From a virus (Duplodnaviria > Caudoviricetes), in IMG/VR virus record IMGVR_UViG_3300002307_000150, positions 1 through 33,046 of that record: a DNA stretch of 33,046 bases; one strand, written 5' to 3'. Below the pieces are notes generated by a model. It saw nothing but the letters and a program-made list of their open reading frames with translations. It was not told the origin of the DNA and ran no database searches. Position 1 is the stretch's first letter. Each line of letters starts with the position of its first letter. Below are positions 19,113-27,042 of this stretch, one piece after another. Made by a program: the position numbers and the translations under genes.

Positions 19113-19125
19113 ATTAACCTCCTAA

Positions 19126-20364
19126 TTAACCAGTGATACGGGCTGCAAGTTCTGGATAGATCGTGCTGAATCCATACAGAACGTCAAGACGAGTGGGCAA
19201 CTGGTCAGAGTTGATGTCGTACTGACGAACCAAACGAATAGATAGACCATCAGCAGAAGCGCGTCCAGCCATATCAACACCCTGTGGAAGCAGAAGATCT
19301 GCCGTACCCAAAGCAAACGCATCACGGTGGTATGCAAGTGACTGAGAGTAAGTAGCTGCCGTTCCGCTGTTACCAGAAAGAATCGTAGCAGTACCTGTAG
19401 GAATCGTTCCTGTGGTGCTTGTTACGTTCTGGAACTGGCCAGAGAATACAGGTGTTGGGAACACAGTCAGAGAAGTAGATCCTGCATCGGCTGCTGCTGT
19501 AACAACGAAGTTACGCAGAACACCAGTAGACTGACGGCTCTGTGGGTTAACTGCATAAACGTTAGGAATCGTGAACACTGTACCGGCAGTTAATGTGCCA
19601 GAAAGTGAGCTAATGCCAAGCGTGAATGGAGTCTGTGCATTGGTCTGAACTGAACCACCAGCCTGTGCAGACACAGTAAATGCTGTGCTTGTACCGGTTG
19701 TGAAGTTGGCAACGTTCTGATCCATTGCAAAGTTGAAGCCCAACGTGCTGTCACCCATTGCACCTTTCTTGAAGATTTCAGAAATGGTGGTCTGTGGGTT
19801 AAACAGGTTAGTAAGACCAGCAACCAATCCTACTTCAGTCTGTGGATCAACAACGATATGACGAAGTTCATCAACAGGTGCAGCTTCTTGATTCAGTCTT
19901 GCGCGAGCAGCAAGAATTGTCTGCAAGCTCTGAGCCTGTGAAGGCGTACCAGACAGAACACCAGGCGTACCAACCAAGTTGTACACGTTGACGAACTGCT
20001 GAAGACCATCATAGTCAATTTTGTTGGCAACCGCAGCAACAGCAGGCTTAATGAAACGATCAGAGAAATCACTGATGTTCAGGCTAAGATCCTGAGTGGT
20101 GAAAGCCATATCGACACCGAACTGTGTGCCGAGCGTTAATGGAACATACGTTTCAACAGAGCTTTCGATCTGAAGAGCAGGACCAGTACGGCCTACATAA
20201 CGTGGTGGTTTACGAAGGTTGATCGTTGCACCGATCTTAGCACCTTCGATAGCAAATTTATCGTCATACTGACGGCTGATTGAACGAGTGAAGACCAATT
20301 GGTTGGTAAGAACGCGCAAGGCTTCATTCGTAATCATGCTTATGGTAAGCAATTGATTAGACAT
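19126..20364 (-). CDS. Major capsid protein, P22 gp5 family
   Basis: MSNQLLT..MIT.EAL, KIGATINLRKP, IKPAVAAVANKID, GFNFAMDQN, RLDVLYG; AGGAG RBS; follows the scaffold gene. Confidence 0.95.
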   Translation of the reverse strand: MSNQLLTISMITNEALRVLTNQLVFTRSISRQYDDKFAIEGAKIGATINLRKPPRYVGRTGPALQIESSVETYVPLTLGTQFGVDMAFTTQDLSLNISDFSDRFIKPAVAAVANKIDYDGLQQFVNVYNLVGTPGVLSGTPSQAQSLQTILAARARLNQEAAPVDELRHIVVDPQTEVGLVAGLTNLFNPQTTISEIFKKGAMGDSTLGFNFAMDQNVANFTTGTSTAFTVSAQAGGSVQTNAQTPFTLGISSLSGTLTAGTVFTIPNVYAVNPQSRQSTGVLRNFVVTAAADAGSTSLTVFPTPVFSGQFQNVTSTTGTIPTGTATILSGNSGTAATYSQSLAYHRDAFALGTADLLLPQGVDMAGRASADGLSIRLVRQYDINSDQLPTRLDVLYGFSTIYPELAARITG

Positions 20365-20522
20365 AGAAATCTCCTAAACGAAAAAAATAAAGGGTTTTAG
20401 CCTAACTTTTTTCCAGATGGGAGCCGTTCCCTCGAATGATCCAGATATATGCCTGACAAATAGACCGGCCACAGTCTATAAGACGTAAGCACTATATATC
20501 ATAGTTATTTTGATATGTAAAA

Positions 20523-20598
20523 TGGAGCCGGTGAAAGGACTTGAACCCTCAACATCTTCATTACAAGTGAAGCGCTCTACCAATTGAGCTACACCGGC
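20523..20598 (-). tRNA. tRNA-Thr(UGU), 76 nt with encoded CCA
   Basis: GCCGGTG TA GCTC AATTGGTA GAGC G CTTCA CTTGTAA TGAAG ATGTT GAGGG TTCAAGT CCTTT CACCGGC TCCA; complete cloverleaf, anticodon TGT. Confidence 0.95.
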
Positions 20599-20606
20599 TG
20601 ACAGAC

Positions 20607-20864
20607 TTAATTGAAAACAATCAGAATGTCGTTTTCATGGATGGCTAATAAATCCTCATCACCTAAAGTGAACGGTTTACCGGCATAGATCCCGAACATC
20701 ACCTTATCGCCTACCTTGACTTGTGCGTTGTCATCTACAGCAATGACCTCACCCATTCTGGGAGCGTCATCCTGTGTGCTTTTCACAATCAAACCAGATT
20801 CTGTAACTTCATCTGCAACAATGGGCTTTACTAGAATCTTATCGTTTAAAGGCTTCAACTTCAT
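20607..20864 (-). CDS. groES: Co-chaperonin GroES (Cpn10)
   Basis: LKPLNDKILVK...TESGLIV...GEVIAV...VKVGDKVMF..YAG...L.IHENDIL. Confidence 0.92.
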   Translation of the reverse strand: MKLKPLNDKILVKPIVADEVTESGLIVKSTQDDAPRMGEVIAVDDNAQVKVGDKVMFGIYAGKPFTLGDEDLLAIHENDILIVFN

Positions 20865-21709
20865 CGTTGTTGCCTCGCTCTTCTAGCTTCAGCCTCTTTA
20901 TTGTTCATGTAAGCAATGTAATCTTTAGTGGACATTGTTGCAGGATCTAACTTACCTGCACTGGCGCCTGTCCCCGTGATTGGTTTAATAGGCGTAGGCG
21001 CTGATCTTCCTCCTGTAGCTTCTGGTCTAATCAGTGACGCCAATTTCATACCTGCTTGGATTGGGTGCATATTGGCAATTTCATAGGCAAGTGAAGGATC
21101 TCTGCCAAGTTGATAAGCAATATCAGGGCCGTTATCCAAACCCAAAAGCGCCTGTCTAATGGTAGGATTATTAGCCAAGCGAGGGTCAGATGTAATTGTT
21201 TCAATAACCGAATCATAATCAGGGTATTTTACTCTTGCGGCTGCTTCTGCTGTTTCCAATTTGGCCTGTTGGACAGCTATTCTCTGTTGCTGTTCACGTT
21301 GCTCATACTCGGCAGCTACTGCCTGTTTAGCTTCCTCAATCGCAGATACGCGTGTGTACTGCATCATTGCGTCCATGTAACGCGGATCGTACTGTCCACC
21401 TGCAAAATCAGCAGGATTAGGTGGTGCAAACTTAGGTGCTTCTGGTTCATTCCTTGGCTGTAGCCTACTCAACATTTCCTCTTGTTGTGCTAGAACTTTC
21501 TCTAGCCTTTCAGATTGTCTTCTGGCCTCATGCTTATCACGAGTTAGTTCATCAATTCTACGTTTGTACCAAGGTTCTTGTTTATCTTGTGCGGTAGCTT
21601 CAATTTCGGTCGCTTCGCCTTCTGTTGACTCAGTTACCTCTTCTGGAGCTTGCGCTTCAATTTCGGGTTGCGCTGGTGAGAGCGCCTGAACGTCATTTTC
21701 TTCACTCAT
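20861..21709 (-). CDS. Capsid scaffolding protein, P22 gp8-like
   Basis: Acidic N-terminus, KRRIDELT coiled coil, YPDYD, GPDIAYQLG, APTPIKPI; lies between portal and coat. Confidence 0.85.
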   Translation of the reverse strand: MSEENDVQALSPAQPEIEAQAPEEVTESTEGEATEIEATAQDKQEPWYKRRIDELTRDKHEARRQSERLEKVLAQQEEMLSRLQPRNEPEAPKFAPPNPADFAGGQYDPRYMDAMMQYTRVSAIEEAKQAVAAEYEQREQQQRIAVQQAKLETAEAAARVKYPDYDSVIETITSDPRLANNPTIRQALLGLDNGPDIAYQLGRDPSLAYEIANMHPIQAGMKLASLIRPEATGGRSAPTPIKPITGTGASAGKLDPATMSTKDYIAYMNNKEAEARRARQQR

Positions 21710-21723
21710 TTGGGGATTGCTCC

Positions 21724-23925
21724 TTATGGTTTAAGTTCTTCGCCTGGTTTCTTTTCGCCTGCCAATACTTCGATGTTTGGCTCCTTTGTCATTGCCCCAG
21801 CTTTAGGCGTTCTTGGCGCTCTAGGTGCTGGTGCGTTTCTTGCTGGTGTAGCTTGTGGCTGGCCACCTGCAAACTGTTCATGAGGCGCTTGCATAATCAT
21901 TTCTTCTAGAGCCTCATTCTCTGCGTTCTCTTCGGGCATATCTCTAGCGCCGGACTGCATAATCATGCTTGCATCCATTGCGGCCTGTCTCTGAATGTCT
22001 AGGTTAGCTTTCATCACTTCAACATCAGCCTTCATGCGGTTTGTCTGAGCGTCATACCATTCACGCTCCATCCGTTGAACCTCAATCAGTTTCTTTTCTC
22101 TCAGGTCTTGGATTTCAGAAGACATGTGTTCCATCTGATTGGCCAACTGTTCCATAGCCTGTTGCGCTTGCAGTAATTGAGGATCCGCCTTATCTCCTGC
22201 CTGATTGATTTGCTGAAGTTGTGGAGGCAACATGGCTTGTAACCTTCTGCTGATTTCTTCAGCACCAGGCCAATCCATATTTTTAACCATCAGATCACCA
22301 ATGATGCTAAACAAGCTAGGATTTGCTTGCGTAAGGCTTAACATCATTTGGGATGCTTCATCTCGCTTGGTTGCATAGCTAGGACCAGAATCACAAACGA
22401 CATCATACTGCCCTATGGTCGGATTGAAGATAGAGTCAATAGCAGCGTTGTCTGTTCCTGCTGATGCTTGTGGTAGGTTTGGATTCAGTTTAACGGTTCT
22501 TGGAGAGCCGTCTTCCCCAAGGATACGAGCCACTCTAGGACGATCGTACACTTTAGGAATCATGTCCAAAATAACTCGACCGCATTGACGGATTGAGCGG
22601 TTGAGATTGTCTTGATAGTGGAACGTGTTGGTATCAGCTTGCTTTTGTCTAAGGAACAAAGCGCGTCCTGACGTTTCGTTAGATTGACCACCTAAGCTAG
22701 GTTGATAAATGCCCATGCTTTGCATGATGTCATTCTCTGCTAACTGAATGGCCTGCATAATTGCGCTTGATGCCTGTGGAGGCATAGCGCGTTGCGGTGG
22801 GCCAACGGGAGTACCTGCAATGCTAACAGGATCATATTCAAGGTACGCTACAGATTCTTTGTTAGCTCTTGCCCAATTAGGGTCTGTCTCAAACTGCCCT
22901 GCAATGCCCACAAACGGAGCCTTTGGTGCAAGCGCTACATTCTCTGCATTAGCTGACAAATAATAGTTGTACAGCCTTTGCGCGTCTTTTGCATTACGGA
23001 CTAAACCAGACAGATAGCGCCGACCTTGCAGCCATAGTTCATGCCCAATCACCGGAATGATCGGAATGTACTTACATGGTATTTCAGTCTGTTCTAAGAT
23101 CGTATCCCCCGTAACCTTGCACCACATGCAACGCTTTACATCGGCCATGCGGATCATGCCTGTTTCTGGATCTTGGATCTCTTGCTCTTCGTGTTCAATA
23201 TAGTAATACTCAGCAACTCTAACCGAGTCTTCAGTAAACCAACCTTGTGCATCACCGTTACCGGCTGCGTCCCACTGAGTTTCAGGAACATCGGGATACA
23301 TGCGCTTAAACTCATCCTTTGCCATTTCCTCGGCAATGATGCACCACTCAGCGTCTGAACCATCAGGCTGCTTGCTGTGCGGGTCCATGTACACCTTAAA
23401 TGGATCAGGTACTCGATCAATGTAGATTTCCTGATCAAAGCTAGTGTCATCTGCCCAATCGTTTCTGACTCTGAAATAACCAAGACCTGTATCAACCTGA
23501 CTTTCTACGGCAGTATCATAAGCAATGGAAGCGTTGCTATTATCTTGGATGTGTCTGATAAGACCCATGAGTACATCAGCGGTATCTTGATCAGCACCAC
23601 TATTAACAGGACGAACACGAATAGATGGAGTATTTTGACGGATCTCATTAACCACCTTGTCTCTGAATTGAAGCAAGCGATTGACCACAAGCATGGGCCG
23701 CTCTTTCCCGGGTCGGTTACGATCATATTTGGCTGCCTCCGGCCACTGATCACCAAGCCTAGAAAAGCGGATGTCATCCATCATTTCTTGACGGTTTTGG
23801 GCCGTAAACTCGACAGCCGTAGCAAACCGTTTCCTTATGGTTTCTAGGATTTCTTCGGTAGGAGTCTCAGGTTCTGCGTTGTTACCCAAGTCTTCGTAAA
23901 TGCTATCTGCGTCTAAGTTTGCCAT
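21724..23925 (-). CDS. Portal protein, P22 gp1-like
   Basis: GDQW...RP.LVVNRL, GLGYFRV, IPIIPV.G, GLVRNAKDAQRLYNY, GQYDVV.DSGPSYATKR; 733 aa. Confidence 0.95.
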   Translation of the reverse strand: MANLDADSIYEDLGNNAEPETPTEEILETIRKRFATAVEFTAQNRQEMMDDIRFSRLGDQWPEAAKYDRNRPGKERPMLVVNRLLQFRDKVVNEIRQNTPSIRVRPVNSGADQDTADVLMGLIRHIQDNSNASIAYDTAVESQVDTGLGYFRVRNDWADDTSFDQEIYIDRVPDPFKVYMDPHSKQPDGSDAEWCIIAEEMAKDEFKRMYPDVPETQWDAAGNGDAQGWFTEDSVRVAEYYYIEHEEQEIQDPETGMIRMADVKRCMWCKVTGDTILEQTEIPCKYIPIIPVIGHELWLQGRRYLSGLVRNAKDAQRLYNYYLSANAENVALAPKAPFVGIAGQFETDPNWARANKESVAYLEYDPVSIAGTPVGPPQRAMPPQASSAIMQAIQLAENDIMQSMGIYQPSLGGQSNETSGRALFLRQKQADTNTFHYQDNLNRSIRQCGRVILDMIPKVYDRPRVARILGEDGSPRTVKLNPNLPQASAGTDNAAIDSIFNPTIGQYDVVCDSGPSYATKRDEASQMMLSLTQANPSLFSIIGDLMVKNMDWPGAEEISRRLQAMLPPQLQQINQAGDKADPQLLQAQQAMEQLANQMEHMSSEIQDLREKKLIEVQRMEREWYDAQTNRMKADVEVMKANLDIQRQAAMDASMIMQSGARDMPEENAENEALEEMIMQAPHEQFAGGQPQATPARNAPAPRAPRTPKAGAMTKEPNIEVLAGEKKPGEELKP

Positions 23926-23939
23926 TTTGTTGCCTGTAA

Positions 23940-25214
23940 TTAGTTCATCCAGTTGCCGCCACGCATGCCATCATCGTGCCTTTTGCGCTTAATATTATCA
24001 TTCTTTAATTGATCAACACATGTCGCTAAGTATCTGAAAGCATCAGCTCCGTGACTGTATTCATCGTGTAAAGGTCCACCAGGTTGATTGGTGCTTGCAT
24101 TGATAGATCGCCTATAACGCTTTAAGCACTCTTGCAAGCGATGAGTCTTTTCTTTATCCATCCACAGCCTTGGGAAAAGCATCCTAGCCAATCGTATGCC
24201 ATGCTCAACATCACCAACCGGAATGATCTCGGTGGACCAACCCATTGCCTCTAACAGTTCCTGTGCTGACTTGCCGGTTTTGTAATCCTTAGTCACACCG
24301 TCATGCGGTAGCCAAACCTTGCCCCAATTGTACGGACGTTGCTTTAGCTCGTTGCTGTACCAATCAAGCGTCTGATGCGTCTCTTCAATGTAATCAATGA
24401 TTCTGCACTCTGAACCCGCGCGTTGTGCAATGATAATGGTCATTGCATCATTCCAACCAAGGTCAAAGATTGCGTGTGTTTTTAGTGCAGGGTCGTGTCT
24501 GCATAGGTTAATGCGGTTTTCATCAAACATGGTCTGATACTCATCCGAATAAATCGCACCATCAACCACTGTTTTAGGTTTACCGTTCCAAATGTTGTCA
24601 TAATCCTTTGGATTGTTTTCCAAGCAGTGCTTGCGCTCTTTGTCGAGTACATTGGGAAACCAAGGATTGTCATCCCAATTGATTGGGACCACTAATGAAT
24701 CAGGTGGTGTGTTGGCTATGAACCGTTGATAAGTATCATCAGTATCAAGATCAGGGTTAAGCGTAATCCATACTTCAGAATCAGGCTTACGAATGGTCGG
24801 GATAAGAATGTCCCATGACTTCTTGCTAACGGTCTGCGCTTCTTCGACCCAGACTCGATCAACACCCTCGAATGATTTGATGGATTCAACCGTATGCGTA
24901 GCAAGGCCAGCGAATGAGAATGTAGAGCCATTGATGCCCCTAACTTCTGTCTCAGTAACCGTAAAGAAATACCCAAGCTCTAGCGCTTGGATCTGATCAA
25001 CCAACAATGTGTGTACCGATTGTTTGATTGATTTCTGTACTTCACGAGCGCATAGAATCCTAAGAGGTTGTTGTGCTGACTGGATCAACAATGCCCTAGC
25101 AACTGACCAAGATTTACCTGATCCTCTGCCACCATGAAAGACCTTGTAACGATAAGGTCTAAATATTGCGTTGAGCTTTGGGGGAAACTTAACAACAGTT
25201 TCTTTACTCGCCAA
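23940..25214 (-). CDS. terL: Terminase large subunit (PBSX/Terminase_3 type)
   Basis: Walker A GGRGSGKS, Walker B VWVEEAQ, PTIRK...TLNP, nuclease FDLGWND and HGADAFRY. Confidence 0.95.
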   Translation of the reverse strand: MASKETVVKFPPKLNAIFRPYRYKVFHGGRGSGKSWSVARALLIQSAQQPLRILCAREVQKSIKQSVHTLLVDQIQALELGYFFTVTETEVRGINGSTFSFAGLATHTVESIKSFEGVDRVWVEEAQTVSKKSWDILIPTIRKPDSEVWITLNPDLDTDDTYQRFIANTPPDSLVVPINWDDNPWFPNVLDKERKHCLENNPKDYDNIWNGKPKTVVDGAIYSDEYQTMFDENRINLCRHDPALKTHAIFDLGWNDAMTIIIAQRAGSECRIIDYIEETHQTLDWYSNELKQRPYNWGKVWLPHDGVTKDYKTGKSAQELLEAMGWSTEIIPVGDVEHGIRLARMLFPRLWMDKEKTHRLQECLKRYRRSINASTNQPGGPLHDEYSHGADAFRYLATCVDQLKNDNIKRKRHDDGMRGGNWMN

Positions 25215-25476
25215 AGTTCACCTTCAATGAATGTTGAACGGGTCCACCATCAGGACCGGACACAGTTGATTCAGTTCTTGCTAGTTTCGGCACATGGTAC
25301 TCAACAACTGACTGAAACATGTAAAAAGCCTTTTCAGGGTTTTCTAATGCCACCTGGTCGAGCCATACAGTCAGTCTGTGCGCGTTACCGTCAACAAATG
25401 CAGCAATCGCTTCTCTAGCCGCCTGTGTTGACTTGTTTGGCCTACCTGCTCTTGATGTTGGGTTTTTATTTGCCAC
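25204..25476 (-). CDS. Putative terminase small subunit
   Basis: Basic GRPNK N-terminus and C-terminal SGPDGGPV motif; overlaps the terL start. Confidence 0.65.
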   Translation of the reverse strand: MANKNPTSRAGRPNKSTQAAREAIAAFVDGNAHRLTVWLDQVALENPEKAFYMFQSVVEYHVPKLARTESTVSGPDGGPVQHSLKVNFGE

Positions 25477-25500
25477 TTTCAGACCTTTTCATTTTGAAAG

Positions 25501-25671
25501 TTAATCATCCTCACTTCTCTGCAACCATTGATCACAGGAATCTGTGTCTTTTGTTGTGCTGTATTCATCATCGACATGCGGAAACAACATACATTTTCCA
25601 TAACCGCGATCAATCCTAATAGGTTCGTAAAATTCGCACTCACTGCAAATCTTAGCGACTAACTGAACCAC
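25501..25671 (-). CDS. Small Cys-rich protein (56 aa), absent from the ORF track
   Basis: GTG start with GAGG RBS; MVQLVAKICSECEFYEPIRIDRGYGKCMLFP...DSCDQW; CxxC...C...C metal-binding pattern. Confidence 0.6.
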   Translation of the reverse strand: MVQLVAKICSECEFYEPIRIDRGYGKCMLFPHVDDEYSTTKDTDSCDQWLQRSEDD

Positions 25672-25888
25672 TCAAAACCTCTTCTAACTTTTGCATGTAA
25701 TGTAACGCCTTTTCGGAATCATCTGTTGAGCCGTTTTTTTTACCGGCCCTCATTGAATACTTAATAATATTACCCTTTAAAAAGCCACAAAATTCATCTT
25801 TTGTCAAGACAGACTCCATCACCGCCCACGGTTGAATAGCCATCGTCTTGTAATGAGTACCGCCAATCTGTATGTGATCAGCGCTCAT
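25652..25888 (-). CDS. DUF3310 family protein (related to T7 gp1.7 nucleotide kinase domain)
   Basis: QIGGTHYK..IQPW...GFLKGNIIKY..RAGKK...KALHY. Confidence 0.85.
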   Translation of the reverse strand: MSADHIQIGGTHYKTMAIQPWAVMESVLTKDEFCGFLKGNIIKYSMRAGKKNGSTDDSEKALHYMQKLEEVLSGSVSR

Positions 25889-26214
25889 ATCTTGTCTAGC
25901 CTGGTCGCCGCATTAAAATCACTGTACTCATGCGGATAGCGTTTCTGTAACTTTACGATGTTTTCTCTGGCAATGATTTCGAGTGGTTCATTAAGGACAC
26001 TAGCACCCAAAGCAACATACCATAGCAAATCACCCAATTCTTCACGAAGGTTATCGCGATCAAGAGGCTGGTTATAAATCGTGTACTTCTTAATCGCATC
26101 ACACAGTTCTCCTGCTTCACCACTGATTCCATGCGCCAAATGATGCAAGTCATCGGTGAACCCCAAACTCTTTGCCGTTCTATTTGCTAGGTACTGATAA
26201 TCACGCAATTCCAT
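25885..26214 (-). CDS. MazG-like NTP pyrophosphohydrolase
   Basis: DYQYLA.RT, GISGEAGE..DAIKK, EELGDLLWYVA, NIVKLQKRYP; start revised to MELRDYQ (ATG at 26214). Confidence 0.88.
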   Translation of the reverse strand: MELRDYQYLANRTAKSLGFTDDLHHLAHGISGEAGELCDAIKKYTIYNQPLDRDNLREELGDLLWYVALGASVLNEPLEIIARENIVKLQKRYPHEYSDFNAATRLDKI

Positions 26215-26461
26215 TCTGTGCCCTCTGTTTGCGTTGGTATTCTTTGCTCCATGCGCTGGCTCGTTCTTTGTGATAGCAACCACATGAGTGACTCACACCC
26301 GCTAGGATGTTCTGAGCCAAGATGCTTTTCACGGTCCCGCACCTGCACTTAGCCACAACTACACGCTTACCGTAAATATTAGGTTTATCTTCAGCGATTA
26401 CTGTCCAATAACCAAATAACTTGCCCATAAGGTCGGGGTTCCTAATTCGTTTTTTAATCAT
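26201..26461 (-). CDS. Stand-alone Cys-rich domain usually found N-terminal to HNH/AP2 endonucleases
   Basis: DLMGKLFGYWTVI...KCRCG...L.G.SHSCGC pattern; no nuclease domain follows. Confidence 0.65.
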   Translation of the reverse strand: MIKKRIRNPDLMGKLFGYWTVIAEDKPNIYGKRVVVAKCRCGTVKSILAQNILAGVSHSCGCYHKERASAWSKEYQRKQRAQNGIA

Positions 26462-26823
26462 TCGTATTTTAAAACCTGTACTTTAATCCCGCCATTAACT
26501 TTGGCTTGTCCATACTCAGCAATAATCTTTTTAATCTGTTTATCATTTTGATAAGCAATACCCTGCAATGAGTCGAGTATTACCTTCAGTGCATTATCCA
26601 AATCAATGCACGTTTTAGACGCCTCACCCTTAACAGTCAATTTCGGTGATAGGCTTATTATGACCAGAACAGGATCATGGGTCAAATGCAATTCCATGCC
26701 CTTCACAGTGTCCTGAACATGCTTTTTAAACTCCGCCGCATCTTTGGACGGGACCATCCGATTTCTGAAGCAACGCCAATATCGGTTCGCTGATGGCGGG
26801 TAATTTAGGTCTATTTCTATCAT
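26458..26823 (-). CDS. rusA: RusA-family Holliday junction resolvase
   Basis: YPPSANRYWR, DLDNALKVILDSLQG.AY.NDKQI (catalytic Asp/Lys pattern); start chosen by GGAG spacing. Confidence 0.88.
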   Translation of the reverse strand: MIEIDLNYPPSANRYWRCFRNRMVPSKDAAEFKKHVQDTVKGMELHLTHDPVLVIISLSPKLTVKGEASKTCIDLDNALKVILDSLQGIAYQNDKQIKKIIAEYGQAKVNGGIKVQVLKYE

Positions 26824-26852
26824 GTCCATCTCCACTAGAAACAACACAAAAA

Positions 26853-27034
26853 GGAACAACGAAATATTGTACAAAATTTATACAATTCAATAATCGTTTT
26901 GTACTTGTTCCGTCCTATAGGAAAAAATGTTCGGAACAACCCCCCTTGATGTGGGGCTTAACGCCCCCATCATCGGGTAGGGTTTTTCACTGTTCAGGCA
27001 AACTTCGGAACAATCGGAACAACCCACGGAACAA
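26853..27034. repeat. Iteron-like CGGAACAA repeat cluster, putative replication origin
   Basis: CGGAACAA at 26932, 27006, 27015 and 27027; inverted copy at 26905; partial GGAACAA at 26853; AT-rich tract at 26863-26900. Confidence 0.65.
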
Positions 27035-27042
27035 CCTCATTT

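Noticed and set aside
19113-19128. Readthrough or frameshift fusing coat to the decoration protein
   Set aside because: The coat ends in TAA with no slippery sequence, and the downstream gene has its own strong AGGAGG RBS.
20523-20598. tRNA-Thr as an attP or prophage boundary, by analogy with P22 at thrW
   Set aside because: It lies inside the head operon with phage genes on both sides, and no integrase or duplicated 3' end is visible.
25652-26214. Modified-base pathway such as 2-aminoadenine (PurZ/MazZ)
   Set aside because: No PurZ, DatZ, thymidylate-synthase-like gene or dedicated replicative DNA polymerase is in the window.
26853-27038. Mini CRISPR array
   Set aside because: Repeats are only 8 bp with irregular spacing and mixed orientation.
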